A model generated the notes under the pieces. That model saw only the letters and a list, made by a program, of their open reading frames with translations, made no database searches and was not told where the DNA came from. The position numbers were made by a program, and so were the translations under genes. A stretch of DNA of 60,149 nucleotides, filler included, from Sphacelaria rigidula (taxonomy: Eukaryota), in NCBI GenBank assembly GCA_964200075.2. It is 4 parts of 4 records of this genome, joined end to end, with 100 filler letters (N's around TTAATTAATTAA, not from the genome) between each part and the next. Parts side by side here need not be neighbours in the genome. Positions count along the whole stretch, not along the records: positions 30,126 to 45,087 come from CAXNAA020001974.1; 3 more parts are not named here. One strand, given 5' to 3'. Shown piece by piece: positions 30,191-43,000 of this stretch (its first letter is position 1; each line of letters begins with the position of its first letter).

Positions 30191-33060
30191 GTGATTTCGC
30201 CGCAGACTACGGGCTTGAGCATGAGTGGGCTGACACCTTCTGCCCCGAAAACGGTGCTAGATGGCTTGCCCCCCAGATCTTTCCTTTCGGTGTTTGGAAA
30301 TGCCAACACCAATTCAAGTCCCATATCCGGATACGACCTTTTCAGAGTGACGGGCCGCCGCATCAGTATTGCCGCCGACCCGGAACTCACCGTCTCCCCA
30401 TCTGTTTTCCCTGTACAAGTACGCGATATCATTTCTAGTAGAATGCGGGGTCGCAGAGCAGCGGAGGCCGCCGCGCACGCCGCTGTTTCTGGACCTGATC
30501 TTCCCCCGCCTTCTCCCGTTCCTGTACCGGCGAGTTTCCTCGCCCCACCCCAACCGCGTCGATACAAGTCAGCGCCCAGGGCGGGCTCACCCCCTGCTGG
30601 CCTGCCGACGATCGACGATTCTGCGGAGGACGATGCTCCGATCATTGACCTCTCCTGTACCAGTGACTGTGCTGTCCCACAGCATTCCACTCCTAACGAA
30701 TCTCTTGGCGAGGCTGAAGCTACTGGTACGGATCTATTGTCGGAGCTCGCCCCCCCTTGTACCCTACCTTCCGAGGGTGAAAGTCCAACAGACACCGTGA
30801 ACGATGCCTACGACTATCTCCTTGGCCCCGATGTCGAGAGTGGACAAAAAATTAAGCTTGTTTTCCCGCCAAGATTGGGCGCGAGAACAATTAGACGAGC
30901 CCGTGTGCTGCGCAGCTATACTTTTACCTGTCCCAAAGTTGTCCCATTCCATTCTCCTCCGCGGATATCCTCAAACCCGTTGGACGGCGCCGGGCACCCA
31001 CGCAGGATGAAGTTGTTGAGCTGGCCCGCAAAGGCAAACTGCATATGGATGATGATGGTGTTGTACTTCTTGTCTGCAAACCCACGCGGACACCTCAGTC
31101 AGACCGCCCTACCGGTAGGTATGCTCGCTTACTCGGTCAAGAACCTGTTCGCATTTACGTGCCCATGCTCATGCAACCATGGGTCCTACACGAGTGTCAT
31201 TCCAATGTTGTCAACCCATCTGGGTACAACTCGGACGGCCCAGCTCATCGAGAGATTCTACTGGTGGGTAGGTATCGACCAATGTGTCCGTTGGTGGGTA
31301 CAGCGTTGCTTGATCTGTCAGGCACGCAAGACGTCTCGCGAGACCGTGCGTTGGCCAGTCATGTCCACGCCGCTCCCCAATGGGCCCGGTGAAGTCATAT
31401 CTTGGGACTATTTCGGATCGTTGCCCCTTACGGAGAGTGGTAACAAGTACATTTTGTTGATTACTGATCGCTTCAGTCGCCACGCCGTCATGCACGCCGT
31501 CCCCGAAACCAACTATTCCGCAGACGGCACCGCTAATTTTCTGGTGTACAACTACATGCCACAATGGGGTGTCCCCCGGAAATTGTTGTCCGACAACGGC
31601 CAACACGTTTCTGGCAACCTTTCTGCTGCGGTTAGTACACTGCTGGGTTCCCATCGCATCTTTACAAGTACGTATCACCCCTAAACAAACGGTGGAACGG
31701 AACGTGTCAACCATACGATGGCGCAAATGCTGTCAGCCGCCACAAACGGACGGCAAACAAATTGGGATCTGCACCTGACCTTCGTCCAAATGAACTATAA
31801 TCATTCCGTCCACACCGCCACTGGCCTTGCACCAAATGAAATTCAAATTGGTCGCATGTCGAGGCTGCCGTTGACCATATTCGAGCGCCGCAACGTGGGC
31901 GGTCATGAGAGTTTTGACCGGGATACCAGGGAGTATCATGACCTTTTGAGTCATCGTCTGCGGTTGGCATATGAACTGGTGCGCGAGCAAAACCAAATCA
32001 ATTTGGCAAAAGCGGTTAGTGCCAATGCCACGTTGGATGCGGTGATGCATAAGCGCCCAGTGTGGAAGGTAAGTGCATGGGCGTGGGTGTACAACGATGT
32101 ACAGACGATTCGTCAAGGAGCCAGCGCGAGTAAGGATTCGCCGGATAAGGTATTGAAGGTCAAGCTGCCCCTCAATTGGACCGGGCCGTGGAAAATATTG
32201 AGTGTTGGGCCAAGCGCTACAGCACCGGATGATCGTCCGATCGGGGAAAACCTCTTGTACCTCTATTTCCCCACGGATGAAGCTGGGCCTCCGCAGAAAA
32301 ACCGCGTATCTGTGTGGCGCTGTAAACCTTGCACCGCCCGGCACGAAACCACGGATATGCCCGAACAGTTGCCGTTAGGACTCAGCCAGTACGTATTGAC
32401 GAGGCATGCCACCAAGTCGCCGCCTTTTTATGTCACGGGTGAAGACGTTCAAGCCCCCGTGGAACGCGTGGCAGTCGATCAAATCAGCGGACACCAACTG
32501 ATCCGCGGTTGTGGTGGTAAAATAGCCGTGGTGTATCAGACGAACTGGAAAGGATTTATGCGGGTCACGTGGGAACGAGAAGTCGACTTGCGACATTTCC
32601 GTGGACGAATTTTGCTGTACTGGGTAGGCGATGTTGCGCAACATCGTCCGTTGAATCGAAGATACAGGTCTACACGGAAAGGCGCGGCAGCACGGGAGCT
32701 GGCCCGGGAGCATTCGACCCGGTTCGTCATGGCTGGCTATAGCCTTATTTCGCGTGCGCAATACTTGCTTTGTTTTCGCAGGAAACGTCTACCGAAGCGT
32801 GCGTACTTCTGGTACGAGGCGCAGGAATCCCTCTGGTGCTGAGCAAGATTCACTTACCAGTACCCGACTCCGACAACTCCTACTACATCCGCTTCCTCGA
32901 TGACCCCGGCCCCCTGAAGCTCGTTTTGGACGATGCTTACTACACTGAAGCGTCGTCCGCTCGCCGCGGGTCCTGGTGTCTCCAGCATCATGACGACGGC
33001 AACAAAGACGACGCTATTCTCCGGAATATCGAAAAATCATGGAGAGAACACGAGTCTTGA
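30191..33060 (+). pseudogene. Gypsy pol remnant: integrase (HHCC + DDE core) and chromodomain-like C-terminus
   Basis: HECHS / HLGTTRT...FYWW...VQRCLICQARK (frameshift near 31210); ISWDYFG, ITDRFSR, LLSDNG; YHP*TNGGTERVNHTMAQML with an in-frame TAA at 31682-31684 where Gln is expected; KLPLNWTGPWKI (GPY/F motif); VDQISGHQ...YQTNWKG...TWEREVDL at 32474-32590; a further frameshift near 32840. Confidence 0.9.
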
Positions 33061-33146
33061 TGCGTTCTGTCGTATATTCCCCGTTGTATCGCCTAGCTAT
33101 TTCGACGCTATGGCCGCAAACCCCTCCTTTTTTATTTTTCTTATTG

Positions 33147-33300
33147 ATGTGTGTATGTGAATGTGCGTGTATATGTGTAAGAGTGTGTGTGCGCATATCT
33201 ATGTGCGTGTATGCCTGTATGTATATTTGGAGGTATGTATGCGTATACGTGTGTATGCGTGTGCGCGTATGGGGATATATGTGTATGTGTATGTGTGTGT
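33147..33300. repeat. Degenerate (GT/AT) microsatellite
   Basis: Alternating gtgtatgtgcgtgtat-type purine-pyrimidine tract. Confidence 0.85.
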
Positions 33301-33376
33301 ACCTGGCCATGGTCGCGTTTCCATGTCATTTTGGAGCCGTCGCATGTTGTAGGTCAGGTTGAACTGGTTCTGGAAC

Positions 33377-35281
33377 TGTGATGCCCTTTTTCGAACACAC
33401 TTGTGTCCCCAGACAACAAGGTGATACAAGCGCACTGGCACAAGCGTATTTTCTTCGTTCCGTTTCGACAGTTGGCTCGACCCACTGTCATAGCCCGTCG
33501 TATGGTAGTTGTGAAGACCCCTCATTGAGGTTTTACATCCATTAACCCACCTGAAATTGATGACCGGGTGAATTGCTCGAGGACGTGTGTGTGTTAATCG
33601 TATCAACTTGTGAGTTGCGAATATTCCGCAACTTCACCCTTCCGTCCTCGTTTGGCTCGACGTTTCTGGAGAACTGAGACCACGTTGTAGTCTTTCCCTC
33701 CACTGTCATCCATTTTGTGCTGAGACACTCACTGCACTTGCTCCTCGCTAGCTATGAGAGTCTCAGCCCCCCCTTTCTCTTGTTCATTCTTTTGGTTTTT
33801 CTTGTTTTATGTTCCTGCGTCTCTCCGATCTTCACGGAAGCCACCACCACTGGCGGTTCTACTGGCCTGTCGGACCCGAGACGACCTGTCCCTTCTTTCC
33901 AGCCCAACATTTGCAAGAAAGGATGACCGATACCCCAAGGGCTTCCTCAGCAAATTGCCATGTGTCAGTGCCCATTGTCGTTTTTGTTTCTCGTTTATTT
34001 TTATTTTTCTTGTTTTCGTTCCTGGGTCTCCACGACCTTCACTCCCTCGTGAATCGTTGGACCCGAGACACCCCGTCTCTTCTCCTCAACCGAACATTTG
34101 CGAAAACGATTCCCCAAGGGCTTCCTCAGTAAGTGTTCCTTTATATAACCGGCTGTGTGTTCGACGTTGTGTGTTCGACGTTGTGTGTTCGACGTTTGTG
34201 CCAACGGATGACCGATACCCCAAGGGCTTCTTCAGCAAATTGTCACGTGTTTTTGGGTATGACGACGGTGGCTTTTGTTTGTCGGCGTGTTCGAAAACGG
34301 ATGACCACTCCCCTCGGGCTTCCCCAGTACGCGCCGCGCGGCGATTATCGCTGCACCATCCTGGAGCTTCAATCGGCCACTGCTGCCGCTCCTAGATCCT
34401 ATATCGAGAGCTCTCTCGTTGGTCTTTCCACCGGTACGAGTTCTTGCATGCACTACCTCAATGTTGAACGTGATGTCTTCTTGATCGTTATGCCTTGGCG
34501 GGCCCTTTTGAAACCGATTAACGTGAAATCCTATCGCGACTGTTGCGCTCCCCCTTGATGTTCGTTCGACTGTGGGTAATACGGTTCCCGTTGCCTGAGG
34601 AATAGTCTGGTTTGTGTGGGTTTGCAGAGGGTTGGCCGTGAGACCAGCCGAGTTACGCACGGATTTTATCGGCGGCGTGTAGCGATTTTGTACTTCATGT
34701 CGATGGGTTGAAGTTGACCGTCCGGGTGATGTGCTTGTCTTGTAGGTTGTCGTTTGCAGGCCAAGCGCCTCCTCTGTGTGTACCAGAGCCTGACCGATCG
34801 CGCAACCACATGAACCCTGCGCCGAAGCTGGAACTCCGTTTTTGACCATCATGCGGGAGTTCTTCTTTGTCTTGTTTTATTGCCTTCCTTTTTTTGTGGT
34901 GTGGGAGATGATGGTAAAACGTGAGCCTCCGAAGCACTTCGAGCGTCTGCATGCTCACCTTTTAGAGTGGGCTATTGTTACGGTATTTGAAGGAACTAGC
35001 GTCGACAAGGTAACGCAGCGCCCTGGGTGTCGGAGTAAATGAACGTTAGATATGACTCTTGGTTGGCCGTCGAGGCATGTCAGCTTGTTGGAAGATACAA
35101 ATATACACTGTGTTCTGGATAGTCGATGGGAGATACAGGATGGCTGATGTCTGCTGAACATCGAATAATCATGTGCACGACGGATAGTGTTCCCGGAACG
35201 TTCGTTGGATGGAGGATTTTTGCTCTTTGGTTATTGTATTATGATTTGATGCGGATGTAATTCCTGCGTAAGGTGGTTACA
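33377..35281 (+). repeat. Probable 3' LTR (~1.9 kb)
   Basis: Begins TGTGAT shortly after pol and the 3' UTR; ends ...GGTGGTTACA (TG...CA with an imperfect short inverted repeat). Contains internal repeats. The 5' LTR is not in the window, so the boundaries are unconfirmed. Confidence 0.5.
33872..34330 (+). repeat. Internal repeats of the putative LTR
   Basis: GATGACCGATACCCCAAGGGCTTCYTCAG-like motif at ~33922, ~34108, ~34207, ~34300; 187-bp duplication (GGACCCGAGAC at 33872 and 34059); 14-bp TGTGTGTTCGACGT x3 at 34154-34195. Confidence 0.85.
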
Positions 35282-35867
35282 CCGTCGCCCCGAGCCCATC
35301 CAAGCTCACTTCATTTTGGGCCCAGGATACCATCAGCGTTGGCCTGCCGTTGCTCTGAGTTCCAAGTGAGTCCTTACCAGAGATTTTTTGGGATCGTGGG
35401 GAGACTACTGGATCTGGTTCGTATTGCGAACTGGAAGGAGATAATCTATTTTGTTTGTGTGAACACCTGGATTCAATTGCTACTGCGGTTATTGGATCTC
35501 TATTGATTTGCTTCACCCAGCTGTGCGCATTGCAACCTAGCACACACAGCTTGAGCCTCTGTTCGTGAGAACATATCAGGGCAAAGGTGGACTGAGGCTG
35601 CCTTCTCCAAGGCGATTAGCCATGAGTTCAAAAGAAAATGTAGCGTAGGGTTGGATTTCCAGAAATAGGTTTCGCCAATGCTGCGGAATACCCCAATGTT
35701 GATGATTTTTATCTTCGATAGGTTTGGATTACGATCGGGTATCATAATATGGATACGTGGAAAAAGAAAAAAGGGGGGGGGGGGGGGGGGGGGGTGGGTG
35801 TTGGGAATCCCCGTGAGCGCGTTTTCCGCGCCTTGCACCAACNNNNNNNNNNGAGAGAGGAGGGGGG

Positions 35868-35909
<42 letters not shown>

Positions 35910-36585
35910 GGGGGATGGGTGCTTCGAGTCCCCTGATTGACGCTTTCAGAGCCTTCAAGGCACCATGCCGTGGGGTGCCATCTTTGCTGTCAGCGAGGAA
36001 GTCGTGAATCACAGCCGCCCTTTCTGAATTCATTCTTTCTCCTTGGCACTTGGGAGGCACTCCCAGCAGCATTCGTGGTCGAAGATGACATGGGAAGGCT
36101 TTTGACCGGGGGTTCAAAGTGAGGGTGGTGATTCCGAGCTTCTTGTGCTGGGGCAAACAAGAATTTGCTAGTGGAGTAGGAGAAGAGAGCGGATTTTGGC
36201 CGTAGGGCATGAGTGCCGAAAAACCGAGGAAAAAAAACGTTCGGGAAAAGCTCATCATAGATAGGCCGAAGTTATACCGCATTATGTCCAAACCTACACT
36301 ACATTTCCGGATAGAGGGAGTATCCTGCTATTATTGTCGGGTAGATTAAACGTCCCTATTACGAAAGAGTACCAATCAAGGAGTCCTTTATTCCAATCGT
36401 CCATAACTCCACGAAATATCGATCGTTTTCCATTTTGTCTTTTGCTGCGCGTGCACAAGAGCACGGCGCTGCGTTTGAGCTACTGCACAAGCCGTTTGCA
36501 TCTAGAACACCCTTCCACAGCACTGGGAATAGGCTCGTGTGTGTCTTTCTCCAAAATCAGCTTTTTGGTCGATCGGCTGCTAAGC

Positions 36586-37105
36586 ATGCAAAGAGTAAGA
36601 GTGGACCCAGAACGTGCAGCAGAGGCCGTAGAAGCGGTACGCAGCAGTCGCATGACCTTCCATGCTGCTGCAAAGACCTTTGACATCTCCGTTGGTTCGC
36701 TGCAGAAGCGTATCAGTGCTAGCTTCGGAATAGCTGGCCGGGATGGCCCGGGTAATATACTGTTGACGGAGGAAGAAAATTCCATCGAATATATGTTGAA
36801 ATTTGCTGCAGCTCGTCAACGGGCCTGGATACAAATGGCCTGAAACAACAGGCGGTTATGGCACTCTGCAGCAACAATCGACCGGTGCCATAGGAGCCGA
36901 CAGTAGGCTCAGGTCAAAAATGGCTCGACTTGTTCCTTCGGAGGCACCTGCGGCTGGGTGAGCGCAGCAACCGCATCTACAAGGCCGACAGGGTGGTGTG
37001 GCCGACGAAGAAGCTCGCATGCCGGAGTTTTATGCTGCCTGTGAGGACTATGTGGACAAGGAGAAACCAGCAATCGACCACAGATGGAACACTGACGAGA
37101 CAGGT
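36586..37105 (+). pseudogene. pogo/Fot1-like (Tc1-mariner superfamily) transposase relic, N-terminal part
   Basis: psq-type HTH (AAEAVEAVRSSRMTFHAAAKTFDISVGSLQKRI), then L..EEE..I; across frameshifts and a stop come G.KWL..FLRRH..L (CENP-B-type HTH) and WNTDETG (first catalytic Asp motif, 37085-37105). Confidence 0.8.
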
Positions 37106-40089
37106 GCTTTAGAGTCTGTCAAGAGTCGCTCCGTTCATGTGATACAACGCACGTATCTACAGCTATAGCCAAAGGCTGTTGCTGTGGAGTGGTGTTTGTC
37201 TGCCCTCAATTATGCTGCATTTGAAACTGTATTGTTCTCGCCGCATTCTTCGCCGACAAAGCACTTGGCGTTTGCCTGCTCATTGCTCTCTCGGCGTGTT
37301 CTGTTGATTGCACTTACTCTCCAAAGAGGTACTCCCTATACTGTCTATAGAGGTGTTGCAAGTACCGCGTTTGAGGTGGTGCCAGTACTGTGTGTACCAC
37401 CCGATACTCGACGTACTACTCTGTACCGTGTCCCCCCTCCCCCCCTCTCCCCCTCTCCCGCCTATACCCGCCACTCGTGGATATCTTCGCCGTAGGTGTT
37501 ACTCCGCAAGGGACCAGGGCGGGGAAGGTCATCGCCGAGAAAGATTCGGCGAAGTTTTCGCTGATTGGTTTGCTATATTTCGTGCTCGCTGCTGTCTGCA
37601 AGCTGCGTCTGCCGTTCTCGTATCCATCGCCGGTTTTGGTGAAAGTTTTGTGTGTGGGGGGGGAGAGTGGGGGACGGGGGGGCAGCAAAGGTGTTTGAAT
37701 TTAAATCGATCACATCCGTCGAACATCAAGTTTTGCGATAGTTATATCAACACTCATTCCACTTGGTTGGGTAGCTCTAAACAAACAGAAAGCATAGAGC
37801 TCTACGAACGTGTTCGTCGAGTTCGGTGTTGCTAAACACGGAGAAGAATGCTCAAATTTGTTCCGAAAATCCAGGGATAGGCCAATTGTATCCCCGAATT
37901 GACTCTTTTCCCTCTTTGGTGCCGGAAAGTAAAACATTATGATGCATTTCGTTCCATGAAGGTTTGTGCCAAAGAAAGGTAGCTGGAACGTGCTAGCTCT
38001 AGGTGTTCCATTTTCGTGGTCATGTGTCATCAGGACGCATATTAGCCTGTTATCATGCCGCTTCAGACCCGTTGATGAGTCCGGCTTTATATTTGCAATG
38101 AGGGTACACTAAGGCCCAATAATTCAGGTCTGTTTAGAGTTGGTTAGGCACGAGTGTGAATTTGTATATATGGCAGAGACGATAATGGCTTGAGCGTGCC
38201 TTTGGCGAGCGAGGGCCACCCTCTGTCACTACCGTCTACTGCCCCTCTCTCAGCAAGGAGTCTAACACTGGTGAGACTGACATACTGAGCGTGAGATATT
38301 GGTATTTGTCGGACACGTCTTGTGTGAGACGGTGCCTTCTTGTTTGGCCTGGTCGTTCAGTGTGAGGACTGACCCCCTTGCCTTGCCCAGTGAGCCTGTG
38401 CCTGCCATGAAAGCACCGTAACCCCATTACATTTAGCGTTTGACTAAGGAGTCTCTTCTTTCGCAAGTGTGTTTCCCTTCTCGACACCGATTGCATCCCT
38501 GCTTGTCGGGCTGCGCGCGCGTGGCGTTTGTTGACAATTTTTTCTCCTTGTGCTTTTTGATACAGGTAGTCACACCTATCTCGTTGCTTGCGGCAGCTTG
38601 ATAGTCAGTTCTTACTTACTGCAAAAAACGTTTCCCCTGTGTGTTTACACCGTGATAGTACTCGTGACTCTTGCTGCTTGCTGCAGTGCTTGATTGCACG
38701 CCTTGTGCCACGCTGGGTCAACGCGCATCGCACGCCGGCCCCGCTTTTCTGTGTTTTCGTGTATTTTGTGACGTACACACCTGCACGTTGCACTGTGGTA
38801 CGTGCTCCCTACAGTACGCAACCTTTCCTGGCCGTTCAGCACAGCTCGCGTATTTGATCTTGCTGCCCTCTCTTCTCTGACAGGAAAATTTTTCTACTAC
38901 ACGTTTGTTACAGATCAACGCTGCACAGGGTGCATCGTTGCTCACAGCCACCTGCTGTTTCTGACTGGAGCCTCTGCCCAGCCAGCCATCTGCCGCTTTC
39001 ACATTTCAGTATCGATTGTACACGGCTGTTGCATCTTTTGTTCACGGGTCGTTGCGCAACACAACCCGTGCTTCCTCAAGAGGTGACCACGGACATCTGT
39101 ACACGAGACTTGTACCCGTTCTGGCACTTTCGCTGCGTCGCGATATGCGTTATTCGTAGCTAGTTTTGTTGTTGTTGTGCTCTTCTAGTGTGCTTCGCAC
39201 ATCTGTAGAGCGGCGCTGTACATCACCGTAGTAACTAACAATACACAGCCCGACCCACTGTGAGATTTTCTCATTAAACCCTTCTCAGCCAAAAACACAA
39301 TTATTTGTTCCGAGACTGTTCCGTTCGCGACAATACTCGCCTGTAAGATCCCAGACCTACGTCACCTGCTCACTTCGAGCACACGGCCCTCAAAACCAGT
39401 GCCCCTTGGCTGTGTACCTCTTTTTCGGAACACGCCCTCAGCGTTGCCCTTGCTGCGCACTACTTCAACTTTGTTTCATATATGTACGTTGCCACAACTC
39501 CGTTGTGTGACAAGCCTTCGTGCTGCGCTACGCAGCCTGATCTTACGGTCTCCACTCCAAGCTTTTGTAGAAGCTTTTGTGCTGCCCTACGCGCACGACC
39601 CTTCGGTGCTTATCTACATTTTGTTCTGAATACAGCCAATCGTTTGTCCGCTTATGCCGGGATAATACAGTTGTAGTCTGCCCTTGACACCACCACCGGA
39701 GCACGTGTAAATTGTACTACGTTCAGGTACCAACCGCTGATACAGCCGATTAGATTTGTGCATTTTTTTATGCCTTCCGTCTGTTCTGTGCGCGATCGCG
39801 AGCTCCCGTTGCTAACTATCACCGCCTCGACTTGACTAGTTGTATGAGACCATACCTCCGATATTGTTGTGACTTACAGCAATTAGCTTGACTAACAATA
39901 CTCGAGTTCCTCAGGTTCCCAACGAAGGTCCCTCCAGGCGCTATTAGGCTCCATTATCCCGTAATTCTTGATACAAGCTTCGGCCGTTGCACCTAGCATT
40001 TCTTGGTGTCACGCTCCTTTAATTTGAGCCCGACGACAACTCACTGCCCCCACTTTTGCTAAGCACAAAAGTGGCGTACGACTATCACG

Positions 40090-43000
40090 TTGCACAGAAA
40101 TAACGCCGGCTCTTCCCTTCAATTGAGAAACCAACCGCTTCGCCGGACACGGAGCCAAACCACTGGCGGTTGGAAACATTTTGATATGAGTATCACGTCA
40201 CCTTTGACTACTCGACGCACGTACGCGAGCGCTGCTCGATCTTTGGGATCTGAAGACCAACCTTCGAGCGGTGCTCGTTCTTCGGGGCTTGAAGAAAATA
40301 CTATGAAGCCGCGACCTGTTCTCTCCAGTACCGATTCGGACTCAGAGAACAGGACTGTGCTACCGGCCGCGTCATTGGCTCCTGACAGACATGTCAGTGA
40401 ACCCATAACGGTGGATTCCGTAGCACCCCCCTCGCTGCGGCCTGTTCTTTCGAACCCCAATGTGGAATCTGAAGACAGGATTGCGCCCCCAGCTCAGTCG
40501 TCGCCTCTGGACACACGTGTCCAGCATGGCCCTGTAACGGTTGCTTCAACCTGGCACCCCGTCGAACGACGGTTGACAACTCTCGAGACGGCTCAGTACC
40601 GACGAAGCGTATCGCTTCTGGAGCAAGAGATTTTGTCACGCGGGTTGCTTCCGTCACGGACCCCAATCACACGACTCTCGGCAGTCCAATGCGCGTTGCT
40701 TCGCAGTCCAATGTCGAATCAGCAGTCGCGGCCATGCAGTCTGCCCTGCAGAATTTGCATCGCCCTTCTTCAGCGTCAGCGCACACGCCAGTCCCAGCTC
40801 TAATCGAGGCATTTACGGCTTTTCGCCAGGCCGAGCTCGAAGACCAATCGGCTTCTGCTCACGTGCAATTCAACGATGACTCTGCACCTGCCGCGCCAAA
40901 ACCCGTACGTTTGGCGCCCCGATCGGCGACACCGCGTTTTCCGTTCGTCTCTCATGATAAACTCAACGAACATGAGTCCAGCCCCTTCTCCACTTCAAAC
41001 CAAAGTACTGCTTGCACTCCTGAACGGCGCCGCTCACCGACAGTTGGTCACGACCACGCCAGCCGTGCTGGCAGTTCCAAGGACACCTCCCAGCACAGCT
41101 TGAATTCATCACGCGTTTTCACACGCCCGAAGAATGTCGCTCATGGCCGCACATATGAAGGTAGTTCACAACACAGTTCCAACTCATCGCGCGCTCCAAA
41201 GCGCACGATGAATGCCGACCGTGACCGTAGTCACGAGGATAATTCGCGGCACAGATCAAATTCATCGCGCGTTCACTCGCGCTCGAAGAACGCTGATCAT
41301 GCAACCGCGCGCACTCCTCCTGCTCCGCCTCAGTCACGCCGCCGTCATTTACGCAATGATAATACTGTACATGCTGACGACATGCAGAATATATTTTCGG
41401 ACATGCCACCGGCTCTGGAATCCTCGATTGAGGGATCCAGCCGTAATTCATCGCGCAACCGATGACCCCGCAATGACCGCGACGCCCCATCCCGCTCTGA
41501 TGCTGCGATTATTTTCTCCCTCAAACAACGACCGACAGGTCTCGAGCGAGAACTGATCAAGTCAAGAACAGAAAACAAGGGAGTAACCACCGCCGCTGCC
41601 GCCGAGATCAGCAGGGAAAACAAAGGGGTTACCGCCACTGCTACTGCCTCCATCACTACCGCTGCCGGCGCTGCTGCCACGACCGCTGCGCCTCCCGCCA
41701 CGATGACTACAGTCACGGCTCCTACAACCGTTGCCGCCCCGTCTGCTGTCGATACCGACACTGATAGTGGCCCAACCACTGGTCCCGTCACGGATGCCCC
41801 CGTGCCCTCGCCTCCGTCTGTGGAGGATCTCCCTCCGCTTGGCGACGAGCACTGCCCGACTGGCCTCCTCTTGAGGCTGTTCAGGAACCGCCCCCGCGCG
41901 GAACGGTTGCTGCTCATCGAGGATTACGCCTCACAAGCTCCAGCGCTTGCCAAGGACATCCTAGAGCAACATCGTGAGGCTGACGCCGCTGCTGCACGCC
42001 TTCTAGCGGAAGAACATGCTGACATGCAAAACGATTTTCAGCGGCAGGCTTCACACGCACAAACTACGAACTCCGCTGCTCAACGCGCCCTGCAGGAAGG
42101 TCGCACTGCTGCCATGGAGACGAGTGCGGGACCTCGAGGGCTATGTCCGACGGACCGCTCACGAAGCGGCTACGTCAGTGGCCCGCCTAAACAACCATCA
42201 GGCCTCTCCGCCGTCCACCGGCAACCCGCTCAGTGGTTGCCCTTCTCACCAGCCTTCGGCTCACAAGGCTCAGCCCAAGACCGGCACGCCGGCTTACACT
42301 ATTCCCCGTGAGTCGGACCAACCATCGTATGCTGCGTCCGGTGCCGTCCCCAAGACGGCCCCAACACCCCCCCCTTCGAGCAGCTAGCTCGGCGGCCAAT
42401 GCCGGCCCGACACCAGGCCTGCAACTCACGCCCCACGAACGAACGTGGCTTTCTCGTTCCGCGGCCGACTATACCGGCCCGTTCCTCCGGACCAATCACC
42501 TACACTGCTCCCGCCAAGCTTGGAACTTGATGTCGCAACGTCTTCACCACGTTATTGGTCTTTACGTGGACCAGGGTGGATTCTTTCCCGACAACAGCAT
42601 ACCGTCCCTCATCCTGGGCCAACTTGTTCTTCACATGACCATCGGCGACAGCCCTGATCACCAGCATTATGTCGAAATTGTCAACGATTTTTTTCGTGGC
42701 TCTACGTGCCGCTTACCGCTCTGATCCTGGCGCCACGATCGCCGACGATGACCGGGATGACGATGGTTTGACTCCACCGAGTGCCAACTGCAGAGGAAAG
42801 AAGAAGAGCCACCAGCGGGATGACGACGACAACGGTGGAGGAGGCACACGCCACCGCCATAGCGGCGGAGGATCGTCCTCGGGCGGTTCCAGACCGAACC
42901 GCCCGGTCCACAATAACCGCGGCTCGACCCGGAAGAAAACAGGAGGCATTTCTTCCGGATCTTCCGCGACAGACTGCAACCGGTCTAGCGCAGACCTGCC

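Larger units (their letters stand above)
30126..35281 (+). mobile_element. Ty3/Gypsy LTR retrotransposon, 3' half, degenerate
   Basis: pol remnant with integrase and a chromodomain-like region (to 33060), then a microsatellite-rich 3' UTR and a probable 3' LTR. Confidence 0.8.

Noticed and set aside
33014-33606. Cys/Val/Tyr- and His/Thr-rich ORFs
   Set aside because: Translations of the GT/AT microsatellite.
33922-34330. Repeat-spacer pattern of CCCCAAGGGCTTC motifs
   Set aside because: Irregular spacing, and the intervening sequences are themselves duplicated; consistent with LTR-internal repeats.
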